Below the pieces are notes generated by a model. It saw only the letters and a list, made by a program, of their open reading frames with translations. It was not told the origin of the DNA and searched no databases. A program made the translations under genes and the position numbers. A DNA stretch of 64,000 nt. Origin: Octopus vulgaris (taxonomy: Eukaryota). Positions 1 to 13,179 of the stretch are shown piece after piece (the first letter of the stretch is position 1; every line of letters starts with the position of its first letter). The stretch is taken from assembly GCA_951406725.2 (NCBI GenBank), contig OX597826.1, positions 5,642,001 to 5,706,000 on the forward strand. The letters are read 5' to 3'.

Positions 1-454
1 AGATAATATATATATATATATATGCAGTAAAGATGTACGATTCAACTCTTTAAATAGACAATACAAAAGGAATCGAAAATTAAATGTTTACTCTCGGAAT
101 TGATCCTAATATTTCTCTGAAAATAAACTCCCGCTAAGGAAACAGTAGCAATGTATTAAACCTTTTGTCATTACTCTGTTGCTTCTCGCGTAGAATTGTT
201 ATGTATCTTTGTGTATTCCACATTTTGTAAATGGAATGATATTTGAGATGATGTGGAATAAAATATGGTTTCATAAAAATGTGAAACAATTAGAAATCAA
301 TATTTAGCTGTAAGATATAAAGCAACACTATCTACTGCCGAAGGCCGAATTTATCAATGTGCAAATTCAATAAAATGCAATCCGTAATTATAATTCTAAC
401 ACCCCTTAATAAATGGAGTGAATTTAAAAGTGAAAAGAAAAGTAGGCTTGACAC

Positions 455-572
455 ATGTATGCATGTGTGTGTGCGTGTGTGTGTGTGCGTGCGTGCATGA
501 GTGTATACGTGTGTGTGAGAGCATGCGTATGTATACATAAATACACACATTCACACACACACACACACGCAT

Positions 573-629
<57 letters not shown>

Positions 630-730
630 CATATATATGTGTATATATGCACGTATAGTTATATGCATAAAGAGATAGTTAGAGAGAGAGAGGGACAGAG
701 AGAAAGAGAGAGAGTGAGGAAGAGAGAGAA
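455..730. repeat. Compound microsatellite (TG)n/(CA)n/(TA)n/(GA)n
   Basis: Dinucleotide runs are directly visible. This block is representative of dozens of similar blocks across the window. Confidence 0.95.
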
Positions 731-1847
731 TAGGAAAAACTCTTATACGAGGATGCGAATGAATGTGTATAGATTAATGCATATGTAAATATATTTACAT
801 TTGTATGCGCATATACATTTCGCCGCCATTTGCGTGTATGAATATGTCAGTTCGTTCAACTGTATGCATCTTCGTGCGCTTCCTGTTTAATTCAACGTTC
901 AATATTATATGTGGCACCTAAATAGAAACTCATGAGAGAATTTGGTGATTTTGTGAGTGATATGCTTGAGATCGAATCACCTCATACGTGAAAATAAATG
1001 AAGGAATGAATGAGTGAATGAATTTATTTTTAACATAAATGCGCTGTAGGTTCTTATCAGAATTCTTGGAACTTTTATATACTTTTCTTTGCGTTTTGTT
1101 AGTAGCTTATTTTAGCAGCTAATTCGGTAGCTCACTTGTTCATTTTTCTACATTTCGATCGATAATGCAACTAACAACTCTTTCTTGATTTGTTGACGTT
1201 TATCGTAATAACTTTGACAAGTGTAGTGAGATCTTTCTGTTTAAGAACGACTTGCTTGCACGCACAGTTTTAATATAATCAAAATCCTAAGCACTGCAGC
1301 AAACAAGACTCACATTATCTGATGTGAAACAAATCTGTCTGAATGGATCAGTTTCATATTTCAACACATGCTTTGTATAGTTTCTGCAGTGTATTTCGAA
1401 AATACCATTCTGTTTTGATGTTATATTATGTAATAAAGATGAAATGAATTAAAACTGAATACAGATCAATACTGTGTCTAAATATTTATTTTATTTTCAA
1501 ATGGGGGCTATTTGCTGACAGCATGAAAAACATTTGTATTTCAAGGAAAGATGGAATTATTGGCAAGAATATTTCCAACAGTATTAGCAGAATAGTTCAT
1601 GTGGAATGGTTCCAATCAGAGATTGCAGTAGCATTGTAGTCTTATGATGCAAGCAGATTTCCTCTCGATGGACAGCAGTCACGATAGTTTTCACCACAAG
1701 CAGAGATGAATGAATGAAAGTAATTTTAAATGGTCGCATGTGCTGTAAGAAATACCAGTCATCACATTCAAATCAGAGCCGTCACTCTGAAAACAGGACA
1801 GATTCAGTACTGTAGTTCTAGTTTAACTATACTGTAATATACTGTGA

Positions 1848-2079
1848 AAGGCGGTGAGCTGGCAGAAACGTTAGCACGCCGGACGAAATACGTAGCCGTA
1901 TTTCGTCTGCCGTTACGTTCTGAGTTCAAATTCCACCGAGGTCGACTTTGACTTTCATTCTTTCGGGGTCGATTAAATAAGTACCAGTTACGCACTGGAG
2001 TCGATATAATCGACTTAATCCGTTTATCTGTCCTTGTTTGTCCCCTCTGTGTTTAGCCCCTTGTGGATAGTAAAGAAAT
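1848..2079 (+). mobile_element. tRNA-derived SINE, family A (central GTCGACTTTGCCTTTCATCCTTTCGGGGTCGAT domain, Meta-SINE-like)
   Basis: A-box-like TGGCAGAAACG and B-box GAGTTCAAATTCC; near-identical copies at 52862-53093 and 40481-41065; imperfect target-site duplication (TSD) ATATACTGTGA (1837-1847) / ATATACTTTGA (2080-2090). Confidence 0.9.
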
Positions 2080-2249
2080 ATATACTTTGATAAAACACAT
2101 GCTGGTCACGTGTTATGCATTGTATAATGTGTTAACTTCAATTAAACAACCATAATACTTTAATTATATAAATGTATGTAACGTTGCCGAAAATGTTCAT
2201 CCAATCTTTGGTGTCCTGCTAAAGCAAAACTGCCAAAGGAAAATTCCTG

Positions 2250-2666
2250 GGATCTTTTCGGTTTGAACAGCAGTTTTTACTAGCGGTGTCATATGAAATT
2301 GTCACCCATAATCATGACCCTAGTATCGATCTATTGCATTTCAATATATTTTAGGGTTAGGGTTAGGGGTGGCAGGAAGGGTATCTTTTTTTCTTCACAA
2401 ATGTAAATAAACCCAATCTGTTTCTTAAACGAGGGACGTATTCATAGGGCACAGAATGTTTTCACCTCAAATAGACGTCATTGATTGGTTGAAATAGCAG
2501 AAATTGCAGTAAAAGAACAACAAATATCTTGCGAATCATAGAATTTTCTCAATAAAGCCAAGACTAGATGATGTTTTATAAACACAGTCTACCAGCATAC
2601 GAAGTTAAATTTTTTTTAGTTACATAGAAATTATGTTGAAAACTGCCGTTCAAATAGAAAAGATCC
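2250..2666. mobile_element. MITE with 28-bp GG-terminated TIRs and 8-bp TSD (Merlin-like by TIR/TSD pattern)
   Basis: Left TIR GGATCTTTTCGGTTTGAACAGCAGTTTT versus right TIR reverse complement GGATCTTTTCTATTTGAACGGCAGTTTT (3 mismatches); flanks AATTCCTG / AATTTCTG; internal (TTAGGG)3 at 2351-2368. Confidence 0.8.
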
Positions 2667-3058
2667 AATTTCTGATTTGACAAACTACTCTTCCTTACTA
2701 GTAAAGCATATAAGGACTACGATAATATTGTAACCCTTATATACTTTGCTTGTATGTAAGACAATGAGGTTTAGTTTGAAGGCATTTGCAGCTACTTCTA
2801 GCAAGTGGAGTTACAAGCGGAGACAGGAATTTATCGTTTGTTAATCTCGAGATTTTATTCAAGTTGCATTGGTGAAAAGTGCAGGAAGTAAAAGAATATG
2901 TGTTGCTCCACAGAGAATAAAACACATGCTAAAATGTCAGTCTGCTTGGATTGTATAACTGTGAGAATATGTTTCCGCATAGATGTAATAGATATTTATT
3001 CTTTCCGTTTGAAAACTGCATTGAGTGAACTTACACACAAACACACAAACACATATTA

Positions 3059-3296
<238 letters not shown>

Positions 3297-3484
3297 GGTT
3301 TTAAAGTTTGGCAGAGGATCAACGGCTACGGGGTACGTTGTAAGTTGGGTACATCCACCCGAGTGTTCAACTGGCACTTAATTTATCGACCCGGACGGTC
3401 AACCTGAATAGAATTTGATCTCAGGGCGTAAAACTGGACGAAATTCCTCAAATAATTTTGTCTGGCGTGCTAACCATTCCACCA
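3297..3484 (-). mobile_element. Diverged family A-related SINE with (ATT)n tail
   Basis: Minus strand reads GGAATGGTTAGCACGCCAGAC...GATCAAATTC...GGTCGATAAATTAAGTGCCAGTTGAACACTCGGG...CCAAACTTTAAAACC-(ATT)n; homologous to 6136-6325. Confidence 0.7.
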
Positions 3485-3495
3485 CTAATCCACCT

Positions 3496-3539
<44 letters not shown>

Positions 3540-3544
3540 ATAAA

Positions 3545-3576
<32 letters not shown>

Positions 3577-3584
3577 TGATAATA

Positions 3585-4093
3585 TTAGCCCTGAGGCTTA
3601 ACTGATTTGAACTGTTATCATTGTTTTGTCTTGGTATAAAAGATGGAAATATTCTGCTCAATACCACGGATTTGCTTGTCAGTTGTTTGACATTAACCTG
3701 TTGACCATGTCACTTAGTGGCTGACGATATGTGCATCTCTGATCACGAGCAGAAGTAGTAGGGGAGCATCATAGCCATATGTTGAGAAGGATTTTTTTGG
3801 GTTTGAATAGTTCACCTCTGGAAACATGGGTGGTTCTTTCAACATCATTAAACAATCCTTATTCAGGGACCTTTTGAACAGGATGGGCTAGACGACCAGA
3901 AGAAAATTCTAACTGGGCCCCACCTGAAAGGTTATGCACAGTTAATTTTGATATGAGATCACCATGTCGTGCTCATATGATTGTGATACCTGTGCCTGGT
4001 ATACCCTTATCGGACGTGTAGTCATGATGGTTATATGGGATTTGTATATTTTACCCCTGTGTCACTTTGATGGCGTGCACTGCACTCTCACTC
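3585..4093 (+). mobile_element. (TAA)n-inserted non-coding retroelement 3' end, family B, copy 1
   Basis: Flanked on both sides by (AAT)n; a homologous copy lies on the minus strand at 33588-34050 with the same 3' terminus (CTCTCACTC then AAT repeats) and a different 5' truncation. Confidence 0.8.
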
Positions 4094-4130
4094 ATAATAA
4101 TAATAATAATAATGATAATAATAATAATAA

Positions 4131-6045
4131 ACACTAGCCATTAACAAAGTAGCACCAACAATCATAAAATTCATAGAGCAATCTATGAATAAATGGCAAA
4201 CAGTCCTACACCTCCAAACAAAAGAGGGACTCATGAAAACCAAAGACATCCCCATTAGAAGAGGAATATTCCAGGGAGACACGCTCTCTCCACTCCTTTT
4301 CTGCTTGGCACTGTCACCTCTATCTGATATGCTAAATAGAACTGGATGCGGATATAAATGTTACGGCAAAACGATCAGCTACCTTTTATATATGGATGAC
4401 CTAAAACTATACGCTGCAAATGACAAACAGCTGGAAACACTATTAAAGACAGTTCATGGATTTACCAAAGAAATAGATATGAAATTTGGATTAGAAAATT
4501 GCGCCAAAGTAACCATGAAAAGAGGAAAACTAGTTAAGAGTAACAACATCACACTAGATAAAACCAATGAAATAAAAGAATTAGACCAAATCCAAACTTA
4601 CAAATACTTAGGAATCCATGAACTAGATAAGACACAACACACACAAATGAAAGAGAAAATAAAAAAAGAATATTATAGACGAGTTAGATCAATACTAAAA
4701 ACAGAGCTCAATGCTAAAAACAAGATAATAGGTTTCAACACATTAGCTGTCCCAGTTATAAGTTACAGCTACAATATCCTTAACTGGACACGAAATGAAC
4801 TGTCCAAAATAGATAGGAAAACAAGAAAAATACTGACAGGATCTAGGATGCATCACCCAAAATCTGACATAGAAAGACTATATATACAACGTATAGAAGG
4901 TGGTAGAGGCCTTATACAGCTGGAAAACTACTATAAAATAACCACCATAGGACTGCAAAAATATTTACTTCAGAAGGAAGGAAAACTGATCCAGATAGCA
5001 GCAAAACACGAGCAAAACAAAAAACTGTTCTCAGTATTTAAGGAAGCTGACAAATACAAACAAGAAATCATACCACCTAATAAACACGAAGAAGAAGAAG
5101 AAGATGATGAAGAAACAACAAAAGCTATAAAACAAATGAAATCCAAACTAAAAATAGAACAGCAACGAACCATGATAAAACGATGGCAAGAAAAGCCCCT
5201 TCATGGTAAATACTGCACTAAACTAAACGCAAAAGAAATAGACAAAGAAAAATCCCAGCAATGGTTGAGAAGCTCAGGACTCAAAGCAGTAACGGAGGGA
5301 TTTTTAATTGCAGCACAAGACCAAAGCCTCCCCACCAGAAATTACCAAAAACATGTAATGAAAAGAAATATTACAAGTAACTGCAGAATATGTGGAGATG
5401 GACAAGAAACAATAAATCATATTATCTCTAGCTGCCCAGTCCTGGCTAAGAAGGAATATATTCACAGACATGACAGAGTTGGAACCTACATACATTGGAA
5501 GCTATGCCAACATTATGGAATAACAACAGAAAAAAGATGGTATAGGCACACACCAGAAAAGGTCACAGAAAACGAGAAAGAAACCATACTCTGGGATATG
5601 CCGATACACACAGAGAGAGAAATTAAGGCCAACAGACCAGATATAGTTGTCAGAGATCATGAAGAAAAAAAATGCTTGCTAATTGATGTATCAATACCGG
5701 CAGATGACAACGTGTCTCTAAAAGAAATGGAGAAACTCTCAAAATACAAAGACCTGGAAATAGAGGTAACTAGAATGTGGAACCTGAAAACAGAAACAAT
5801 TCCTATCATAGTAGGTGCATTAGGCATGATAAAAAAATATTCAGAGAAATACATAACAAAAACACCAGGACTTACAAACACATATAACATACAGAAAATT
5901 GCACTACTAGGCACTGCACACATCCTACGCAGAACACTTTCCATACAATAACCATCAGAGCATCACAACAAATCACAGCACATACCCAAGGCACACAGAG
6001 CTGCGCTCGGTAGTGAAGTGAAAGCACGCTATAAAAATAAAACTA

Positions 6046-6048
<3 letters not shown>
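4131..6048 (+). mobile_element. R4-clade (Dong-like) non-LTR retrotransposon, 5'-truncated, inserted in (TAA)n
   Basis: RT plus CCHC plus restriction-like endonuclease (RLE) ORF and a roughly 100-bp 3'UTR; (AAT)n on both sides (4094-4130 and 6049-6135). Dong elements of the R4 clade are known TAA-repeat targeters. Confidence 0.92.
4185..5951 (+). CDS. Reverse transcriptase (C-terminal half), zinc knuckle and restriction-like endonuclease of the R4/Dong element; the open frame extends upstream to the truncation at 4131
   Basis: Motifs RRGIFQGDTLSPLLF, YMDD, YKYLGI, GGRGL, CRIC..ETINHIISSC, RHD, RPDIV..IDVSIP..KLSKY; no stops or frameshifts over about 1.8 kb. Confidence 0.93.
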   Translation: MNKWQTVLHLQTKEGLMKTKDIPIRRGIFQGDTLSPLLFCLALSPLSDMLNRTGCGYKCYGKTISYLLYMDDLKLYAANDKQLETLLKTVHGFTKEIDMKFGLENCAKVTMKRGKLVKSNNITLDKTNEIKELDQIQTYKYLGIHELDKTQHTQMKEKIKKEYYRRVRSILKTELNAKNKIIGFNTLAVPVISYSYNILNWTRNELSKIDRKTRKILTGSRMHHPKSDIERLYIQRIEGGRGLIQLENYYKITTIGLQKYLLQKEGKLIQIAAKHEQNKKLFSVFKEADKYKQEIIPPNKHEEEEEDDEETTKAIKQMKSKLKIEQQRTMIKRWQEKPLHGKYCTKLNAKEIDKEKSQQWLRSSGLKAVTEGFLIAAQDQSLPTRNYQKHVMKRNITSNCRICGDGQETINHIISSCPVLAKKEYIHRHDRVGTYIHWKLCQHYGITTEKRWYRHTPEKVTENEKETILWDMPIHTEREIKANRPDIVVRDHEEKKCLLIDVSIPADDNVSLKEMEKLSKYKDLEIEVTRMWNLKTETIPIIVGALGMIKKYSEKYITKTPGLTNTYNIQKIALLGTAHILRRTLSIQ

Positions 6049-6135
<87 letters not shown>

Positions 6136-6136
<1 letters not shown>

Positions 6137-6325
6137 GTTTCAAATTTTGCCACAGGGGTAGTAATTTGGGGGGAGGAGTTAAGTCGATTACATCCACTCC
6201 AGTATTCAACAGGTATATATTTTAACGACGCCGAAAAGATGAAAGGCAAAATCGGACTTGACCGTATTTGATCTCAGAACGTAGCAACGGGCGTAATGCT
6301 GCTAAGGATTTCGTTCAGCGTGGTA
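6136..6325 (-). mobile_element. Family A-related SINE with (ATT)n tail
   Basis: Minus strand: TACGTTCTGAGATCAAATACGGTCAAGTCCGATTTTGCCTTTCATCTTTTCGGCGTCG...CCTCCCCCCAAATTAC...GAAACC-(ATT)n. Confidence 0.75.
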
Positions 6326-6639
6326 GTTGGCAGAAGGCTTGAAATATTTGATTTCGGTGGTGCGGGCCTGGGAGGGTTCGGAGATTAGACCCAGACAGGA
6401 TGAACGGCAAGGCCGACCACGGCGGATTAGAACACAGAGCCTAAACAGAGACAAAATGGCACTAAGCAAATGCTGCTAAGTAAATCTTTACTTAAAACTC
6501 TCTGCAGCTCCTTCACTGTCTGTTTTGCTTTGTTGAATTATATGTGTGGGCATGAATAATGTGTGTGCATATCTGTGTATGTGTATGTGTTTCCTTCTCT
6601 CTTTACTTCTTGTCTCTCTCTCTCTATTTATAAACATAC

Positions 6640-6687
<48 letters not shown>

Positions 6688-6770
6688 GGGGGGGGGGGGT
6701 TTAGGCGCAAGTATTTATATATGCATACATATAAGAATACATATGTACATACATGTACATATATATATGC

Positions 6771-6832
<62 letters not shown>

Positions 6833-7129
6833 CATACGTTTATGTTATTACGAATATGAGTTTCTATATAAGCCTTACTTAGTGTTATGTCTTGCACTGT
6901 TAGCCATAGTTTTTTTTTTTTCCTGGTATTTTTTTATCTTCCCTTCATCTTTTCTGTTTTGCTGTGCTTCCATGTACATAATTCTCGGACCATTCATTCC
7001 TACTAATTATTCATACTAATTTGCTCCTGGATTCACGCTTGCCTTCCACAAACATTCTCACCATATGTCTATCAGTCTATCCATCTCTGTATTGCTTCTC
7101 GCTCACACATACACTCTCTCTTTGCATGT

Positions 7130-7509
<380 letters not shown>

Positions 7510-8669
7510 CGTGCTACGCCACGAGTCTGTTCTCCTTTTCTTTTTCCATGTTTCTTCTCTGCCACTCTTTCTCTCAATTCCTATCTCCTTAAGATAGTTT
7601 CTAGATTTTCCGAATGCCAAATAAAACTATAATTTCCAATTGAGTGCCACCAATTTAGATCTTTCGAATTTAGCCAATGCTTCAGTTCCTCACGAAGAGT
7701 CATTGGAAAATATGAAAGCTTGTTTTCCAAAAACGCGCCATCCCCACATGCTCGCGCGTTGCAGGCTTCACTGAACCATTTGCAAAATGCAGGACTTCAA
7801 TTTGAGAGAGAGAGAGAGAGAGAAAAAGAAGAAAAAAACTGCAACCACAGTTTTACAGGGTGGGTAAGATGACTTTAGTCAAAATATATGCCTATCACAT
7901 TTTTTAGGCGATGGGTACAATTTGTAAAATAGAGAAATATTAATTAGTTGTATTAATCTGCCATACTACTATATGCATGGATTTGTTTGTACGTGTACGT
8001 GTTTGTGCGCACATATATATTTATATCTGTATATGTTTCTTGATGTGCATATGCAACGTATTGGTGTATATATTTATATGTCTGTTTATTTGTATCGGTA
8101 TATATTTGCAATGGATGTGTATATGTTCGTGCTAACTTCAAAGTATAAGGTTACGATGATGAAGCTATGCTACAGACAACATCTTTCATATTCTCTAATG
8201 ACTCTTCGCGAGGAAATGAAGCGATGGTTAAATTCGAAAGATGTGATTCGGTGTCACTCAATTGGAAACGATACATTTGTTTGGCATTCAAGAATTGAAA
8301 CGATAGTTTAGTTTTTAACTTTTAGGAAAAATATTATAACTGCTCACTGTTTCGAGTTTAGCATAGGTTTAAATCTTGTGTTTCGAAAACAGTTTCGTAC
8401 GATTTTTCTTTAAGTTTTATAGTTACATATTTAAAGCCGTGCACAAAACTAACCTCGGTATTTCGAAGTTGGTGGAATTTGGGATCAATATTAAATACAA
8501 CTTTAAAATATTACGAGGATTGCGAGAAGATGGATTTCGTTCAGATGCACACGGCCATCCAGGAGTGCGTATCATTATATTTCTTCGATTAAAGGATATT
8601 GCTTGTATACATTGATCAATTATGTAGAAAGAAAATGGAAATAGTAATTTATACATTATCATTTTTTAT

Positions 8670-9085
8670 CGTTTACTCGTTTCAGTTATTTAGGCTGTGG
8701 TCATGCTGGGGCAACGCCTTGAAGGATTTTAGTCAAAAGCGTCGACCCTAGTATTCATAATTTTTAAAACCTGGTACTAATTCCTTTGGCCTCTTTTTGC
8801 CGAATCGCTAGGTTAGGGGAACGTTAGCACACCTACATCAGTTGTGAAATGGTAGTGGGGGACAAACACATGCACTCACGGATACACACACAAGTACACG
8901 CACACACTCCCACTCACACACACACATGTATGTATACGACGAGATTATTTCAGCTTTCCGTCTAGCAAATCCATGCACCAGGCTTTGGTTGGCCCTAGTT
9001 TGCAGCTGAAGACACTTGCTCAAGGTGCCATGAAGTGTGAATGTTGTTGGGAAGCAAATTTCTTACGATAGACCCTCGCCCTCGC
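8670..9085 (-). mobile_element. tRNA-derived SINE, family C (internal CA/TG microsatellite)
   Basis: Plus-strand hallmarks GTTTCAGTTATTT..GCTGTGGTCATGCTGG, GGGGGACAAACAC, TTTCCGTCTAGCAAATCC, GAAGACACTTGCTCAAGGTGCC; homologous to copies at 44325, 47905, 50985 and 55780. Confidence 0.8.
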
Positions 9086-11214
9086 CTATTTTTGTATATT
9101 GTCTTCAACCAAACCTACCTTCAGTACAGATTAATATATCATTTTTTCGAGTAGTAAATGACAAACAGCAAACTAGTTTCCGTTAATGTTTAACTCGGAA
9201 ACATAAAGAGGCGTGCCACAAAAGCCACATTTTGATTTATTATTGTCCATTCTAGAACTTATTGTCGAACCATAAAGGCATTTTGATTTAGCAGCGAGAT
9301 GCATAAGTTTTGCAATATTTTTATAATGTTACTCTCATGATTAAATGGGACATTAACTTTTGCTCTACGGATGTTGCAACATATAATGTTTGAAATATCA
9401 TTGTCTCGTTATTATTCCGAAGTGAACATCAGATCTGTTTCCTTTTCTTTTTTTCTTGTTTTTTAAAAAAAGAGAAAGATATTTCTTCCACACAGTAACA
9501 GTTGTGAACCTCACGTAAAGTCCACATGATTATACGAAGCAGAATCCGTCAACTTATAAGATGTCATCTAAATACAGCCTCTTTATAACAAACCAAATCA
9601 AATGCCAGATATTACTGCATCGGTCGATAATATTTAATGTCCTGTTGAACTTTTACTGTCTTATTGATGAAAAGGTCACATCACTTGACTATATCAAGAC
9701 AGAATTTTCCTGCTTTCTCTTTTCTCTCCTTTTCTACTCAGGACTGAATTCACTATTCCAAATGCTTCACAGTTACACTAACTGGGCTATTGTTTTTATT
9801 AACTTTTTTTTTATTAAAACATTAAATTCTTATAATTTCTCTGCAAAACAAGTTTATTTTTCTTCAGGACAGTGATGGTATGCTCTCAATAAGTTGGACA
9901 ATTGTGTCTCAGCTAAGGAATTGAATTGTCTAAAATAATGAATTTTGTATTACTTGAAGGATTCCTCCTCTAAGTAGATTAACTCCGGTTTCTTCTTCAA
10001 ATAATTCATTGTTCCCAATTTCATAATCTGTTTGGAGTCCATAAATAGACAACTGATTTTCAGGTATGGAATTTTAAGAGAGACGTTATTTAATATTTTC
10101 CATCACCTCAAAGAGGATATTGGAAAGGTAAGAGTGTAAAGAATTAAAATAAACTTAGCCACCATATTTAACACACTTGTCGCTTTTAAGCTGGAAGTAG
10201 CTGTGGTTATAACGTATATAGTTAATTTGACAGAATCTCTTGGTCCCATTGCCTTATCTTTATGTCTCTAATGGATTCCAAATCCAAATCGCACTGTGTT
10301 AGATTTTGACATTCATAACTCTGTTGTCCATTCAATAAATAACAGTTTAATATAAAATTATTAAACCAGTCCGCTATATCATTCCGCCTCAAACATGATT
10401 ATACTGGTACATAAAATATATCAATCAGTTTAGTAGCAAATTTTCCGAAAGCGAAACCAAGGGGTATGCTTTTGACATTCTGGATACTCGAGCTAATTTC
10501 GTTGCTTTATTGAAGTTAATTTGGTTCAAAATGAACTACTAATGACATTAAGAGAAACATAGAAATAAAAGGATGCCACTTATCCCCTTGTGCCGAATAA
10601 ATAATCTACTTCTTAATATTCTATTCTACCGGGATTACATGCAAATTTCATCGCAGCGCGATTGCAAGAATCTGCACAACATAGTACTGCCTTTGATTCA
10701 ATAGTCTATAGTGTAACCAAATGTAAATATGTGCTTCTGTCTAGAGTATAAATAATTATATCTTCCGTAAATCAGATCGCACGAAGAGAACACGAGTTTA
10801 CGAAATTTGTCGAAGATATGTACTAAAATGTTCGCTTATCGATTTAGATCTATCCATGTTTATATCATGTATTCAATGATGCTACCGTTAAATTCATTCT
10901 CACTCGGAAATAAACACACACAGGTGAGTGTGTGTGTCTGTGTGTGCGTCTGTGTATGTGTGCGTGTGCATACCATGGGTTTATATATGTAATTAGATAG
11001 TCAAACACCAGTTAAACGGTGATAATTGTATGGAAGGATATCATGTAAGTATATGTATATAATTTTCTTCTGTGTACACACATACATGCACCCACCACGT
11101 ACACGCACACAGACCGATATGCATATATATATATATGTATGTATATACAAATGTATGTATATTTGTGGTCGATGTTTTCTACGCATGTGTTATTATAAAC
11201 GTGTGCCTATCTTT

Positions 11215-11254
<40 letters not shown>

Positions 11255-12580
11255 GAATGAATATATGTGTGTGTGTGTGTGTGTATGTGTGTATATATAC
11301 ATAGTTTTGTGTATTTTTATATAGATATATGTTTATATCTATATATATATATGTATATATGTGTATGCTTATATATATATATATATATATTTATATGTAT
11401 GTATGTGTGTACGGTTGTGTGTTTGTATGTGTGTGTGTGTGTGTCTGTAGATATGTAGATTGATAGATATGTAGATCGATAGACAGACGCCCAGTGGGTG
11501 TTTATTGAAATCCTGATGAGTTGGAACTCCATTCTCTTACTATTTCTTTGTCTCGAAATTCCACCTTGCTACTTATATTACAATAATATTTTCCTCTCAC
11601 TTCGCCTTCACACATAAAACACACACACACACACACACACACGAAAAACACACATGGACACTCATACATAAAACACACGCACACACAAAAGTGCCTGCAC
11701 GAAGACGTACCCATACATACAGACGCCCATTACCATAGGTACACATACTCATAGAACTACGAAATCTTCATAAACGATCTCTCTATATCGCACTCCCCTT
11801 CACTCTCTCAATCTCTCTCTCTCTCTCGCTCTGTCTCACCCTGTTGCTCCCTATTTTCCTTTCTCTACACTTAGCTATTCAATCATTATGAAGTAATTAT
11901 TTGCTTTGATTTATCATTCAACATAACACTTTGAAAGAGAAATGCATGCTGTCATAGATAAATGGATAATTTCTTTAGTACTCTCCAAAATGTTTCTTGC
12001 TAAATCTATTTAAGGCTGCGTGAGTTTCCTGTTTCATCAACTTATAAACATTGATTGATTCATTTGCGTAAACGTTTCCAAATCTTGTTACAATGAAGTG
12101 ACGAAGAAAAATAAATATTTCTTTAAGTAAAGCCTTCAATTTAACCAACATCATATATGAGAGAAGAGAAGTTATATATCTATCGCTGCCGCTATATACT
12201 TCCATTTAAATACTCACAAATTTACATACACACATACATACATACACACACACATACATACATAAATACATACACATATACATACATACATACATTCATA
12301 CATACATGCATGCATACATACACACGTACATACACAGAAAAATACCCGGTTGTTCTTCAAATTCCGATGAAGGAGCCTTGGATCTAGGGTAGAATGCGGT
12401 TCTTTCTCTATCGGCAAGAACTCTTTAAACTGAATAATGACATACATATAGACAGAGATACAGACATACTTGCATACATACATTTATCGACGAGTTGGTA
12501 GAATCGTTAGCACGCCGAGCGAAGTGCTTAACGGCATTTCGTCCATTTTCACACATATATGTGTGTGTGACTGTGAGTGC

Positions 12581-12636
<56 letters not shown>

Positions 12637-12690
12637 TTATATGATATATATATAGCATCTTAGCATCTTCGAACGAAGATGCTAACAAAT

Positions 12691-12765
12691 TTCCTTTACA
12701 CTCGACACATGTTTCGAAGGAATAAAGGGTGCATTATGCAATCTTCTCATCAGGAAAGAAAAGGA
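12691..12765 (-). ncRNA. Type I hammerhead ribozyme motif (inverted pLTR copy, 22-nt deletion in stem-loop II)
   Basis: Minus strand: CTTTC CTGATGA GAAG..CTTC GAA ACATGTGT C GAGTG; the catalytic core is intact. Confidence 0.72.
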
Positions 12766-13179
12766 GCCTCTCTCGACAACAAGACAAACAAAAATTTGAT
12801 GATTGCCTACATGGTAACCAAAGCGATAATGAGTGTTTCTTTTTAAAAATCTGTTAGAATCATTGACGTCAAAAAATGGATAGTAGGAGGAAGTAAAAAT
12901 AGGTAGGGGACAGTATGTTTGCTGTATGTATGGAAATGCGTGGGTGTGTGCTTGTGTTAATGAGTGCGTGTGTTTGTGTGTGTGTATGTGTGTGTATATA
13001 ACTGCATTTGTGTCTGTGTGTGTGATTGTGTGTGTGTGAGAGAGAGACAGACGTCACAGATAGGTAGTAGTAAGGGAAGATATAAAGGAGTAATAGGTAG
13101 GGAACAAGGGGAGAGGGAAGTGTACGTTGATTGAAAGAATGTTCGAAGGCTAAGGAAAGAATTTCTCTATAGCAGTGGG

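Noticed and set aside
2351-2368. Telomere or chromosome fusion site
   Set aside because: Only three TTAGGG units, located inside a MITE.
4088-5944. Antisense ORFs overlapping the Dong ORF
   Set aside because: Short shadow frames of the real coding strand with no motifs.
12345-12430. Degenerate hammerhead-like stretch CCGATGAAGGAGCCTTGGATCTAGGGTAGAAT
   Set aside because: The core is mutated at both ends and there is no second copy in the window to confirm a consensus.
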